From Candidatus Latescibacterota bacterium (GTDB lineage Bacteria; Latescibacterota; UBA2968; GCA-2709665): DNA of 64,000 bases. The stretch is taken from NCBI GenBank assembly GCA_965203805.1, contig OZ241917.1, positions 5,440,001 through 5,504,000 on the forward strand, written 5' to 3'. Under the pieces are notes generated by a model, which did not search any database, was not told the origin of the DNA, and was given only the letters and a program-made list of their open reading frames with translations. A program made the translations under genes and the position numbers. Positions 62,151 to 64,000 of this stretch are shown in pieces. Each line of letters starts with the position of its first letter. Within the stretch, counting starts at the first letter, position 1.

Positions 62151-64000
62151 ATGGGTATAATCCTCAACGACTCACAGATGTCGTTTTGCAATTCCAAAGC
62201 GTTATGCATTCGACTATTGGCCCCAGCCGGTTGTGGCAAGACTGAATCGCTACTCTATCGATGCCTGCATCTATTGCGCCGGGCTCGCAAATCCTCGCCG
62301 CGGTTCCTAATCGTGACATTCACGAAGACTGCCACCGCCGAGCTTGTCGACAGGATTAGCTGCGATCACGAATTCGAGGGATTGCGAGGACGTACCAACG
62401 TCACGACATTGAACGCGTACGGGTGGCGGCGGATTCGAAGCAGCGTGACCAGCCCTCGGCTGCTCAGCACACCAAATGACCGCTACTTCGCATTACGCAA
62501 CCAACTCCATCCCGTCTGGCAAGGGAATCCACACGTTGAAGAGGTCGTTAGCAAGCGGGGCAGCGCACCACGTACATTGATGCAGGCCATGGACAATCTC
62601 AAGTCGATAGGGTTCGACCACAAAACACACACAAACTTTGAACTCTTCGACCAGCATATGGATGCGTTGGAGTCACAGCGACTCGGATGGCATGTCGTGG
62701 AGCAATATCAACTCTTGGCATCAATCGGCGTCCTCAACGGGCTTGCTTCGTCCCGATCGGACCGGAAGAGGTCGAGGCGGCAGTTTTACGACCGTTTCTT
62801 CAAGTTTTGGCGAGCCGCGACGAAACGCCTACTCGAGGAGTCGACCTTTACGTTCGAAGACCAAAAGTATTGGTGTTATCTTGATCTGGCCGAGACAAAT
62901 GCCGACGAAGCTGCCCAAGTTCTTGCGGGGGCGACGCGATACGACCACATTCTCGTGGACGAATTCCAAGACATCAACCCCTTGGATTTGGCACTGATCA
63001 GAGAGCTGATTGAACGGAACCGCGCCACGATTACCATCGTGGGGGACGACGACCAAGCGATATTCGAATGGCGCGGTGCTACGCCCGAATATATCCTGTA
63101 CCCCGACCAATACTTCGGCACGGACTTTAGGGACTTCCAACTTGACATCAACTATCGATCCCCTAGAAACATCGTCGACCTCTCTCGGAACCTAATTGGC
63201 CACAATGAAAACCGCGTCGACAAGAAAGTCAGAGCCAAAAATCGCTCGGTCAAGGCCGAGATTGAAGTCGTTCAGTCCGATGACATCAATGACCGTCTCA
63301 AACTAGTGACTCAAATCGTCAACGATACGGAGTCTCCAGGAAAGGTGGCGGTGATCGGACGTCTGCGGAAACAACTCATCCCCTACCAGGTCTACTTTGC
63401 AGGTGACGGAGCGCCGTTCAGCACCGCGGTCGACCTCGATGTCTTTAGCGGCGCCGCGTTCGACGGCTTGGTGAAGCTTCTCGATATCTGGTCGAGAAAC
63501 GACAGACGCCAAGCAAGAAGCAAGGTCGTCCAAGATGTTCTGTCAGTGTGCGATCTAATCCGTCGGCGACCTCTAGGTAATACTGACCGACGCAACCTGA
63601 CCAAGTACCTAACACGAACTCGTCCGGACAACATCGCTAATGGCGCTGACGCATTGAAAGACTACAGCGGTCCGAGGCTAAGCGGCAGAACACATCTGGA
63701 ACTCCATCACGCAGCTGGGAGTTTCCTCGCGGCGGCCGATGCCCCAAAGGCGCTACGGGTAATTGATGAGGAGTTCGCGGGGTTGTGGTTTGACACCGAG
63801 AAAGCAGAGGAGGACGTGTTCTATACCGATCCGCCCCTCGAACAGTTGGCGTCGATTGCTGAGAGTGAACGACTAGATGCAGACGACCTTGTTGAGAGGA
63901 TCGAATCGGTGAAGCAGCAAGTTCAGGACTACCGCGACTTTGACTTAGCCGATGACGAGAGCGACATCGACGTACTTCGTCGTCCTTTGCACCTAATGAC
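62151..64000 (+). CDS. UvrD/PcrA-like SF1 helicase (3' end beyond window)
   Basis: Manual translation: LLAPAGCGKT, VTFT, ILVDEFQD, VGDDDQAIFEWRGA, NYRS; ends ..PLHLMT at the edge. Confidence 0.92.
   Translation, partial: MGIILNDSQMSFCNSKALCIRLLAPAGCGKTESLLYRCLHLLRRARKSSPRFLIVTFTKTATAELVDRISCDHEFEGLRGRTNVTTLNAYGWRRIRSSVTSPRLLSTPNDRYFALRNQLHPVWQGNPHVEEVVSKRGSAPRTLMQAMDNLKSIGFDHKTHTNFELFDQHMDALESQRLGWHVVEQYQLLASIGVLNGLASSRSDRKRSRRQFYDRFFKFWRAATKRLLEESTFTFEDQKYWCYLDLAETNADEAAQVLAGATRYDHILVDEFQDINPLDLALIRELIERNRATITIVGDDDQAIFEWRGATPEYILYPDQYFGTDFRDFQLDINYRSPRNIVDLSRNLIGHNENRVDKKVRAKNRSVKAEIEVVQSDDINDRLKLVTQIVNDTESPGKVAVIGRLRKQLIPYQVYFAGDGAPFSTAVDLDVFSGAAFDGLVKLLDIWSRNDRRQARSKVVQDVLSVCDLIRRRPLGNTDRRNLTKYLTRTRPDNIANGADALKDYSGPRLSGRTHLELHHAAGSFLAAADAPKALRVIDEEFAGLWFDTEKAEEDVFYTDPPLEQLASIAESERLDADDLVERIESVKQQVQDYRDFDLADDESDIDVLRRPLHLM

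Noticed and set aside
55334-64000. Integrative element at tRNA-Lys
   Set aside because: No integrase or duplicated tRNA 3' end was seen, and GC-rich cysH lies directly downstream

Overview
64 kb of a GC-rich bacterial chromosome. The C-terminal dockerin-like twin EF-hand tag, the GWxTD protein and the many Gfo/Idh/MocA, aldo-keto reductase, PhyH and UxuA-like paralogues suggest a Latescibacterota/Gemmatimonadota-like organism, possibly marine or sponge-associated (inference). The left end (1-2064) is an IS21-family element cut by the window edge. 2.3-30 kb is accessory catabolism: solA-like oxidase, two UxuA-like dehydratases, a heparinase II/III protein, an amidohydrolase-fold protein with a Rieske ferredoxin, Co-type nitrile hydratase preceded by two PhyH-family enzymes, a B12 radical SAM protein and NnrS. 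30-38 kb is envelope proteins. 38-56 kb is core genes (purF, rnr, sodN, CIRCE-groESL, moeB/mrp/iscS, ftsY, parAB, ppdK, tRNA-Lys, cysH). 57-64 kb is lower in GC: a secreted gluzincin, a DUF262/GmrSD-like nuclease and a UvrD helicase. Best leads: (1) six intergenic loci where convergent AGACGNN heptamer arrays and a small set of shared cassettes recur in different orders; (2) a PhyH enzyme with a halogenase-type HxG motif beside an HxD paralogue, co-oriented with nitrile hydratase; (3) a lipoprotein with about 30 CPAP/Tcp10-like 9-residue repeats between SLBB and CAP domains. No CRISPR array or rRNA was seen. All calls are by eye, without database searches.
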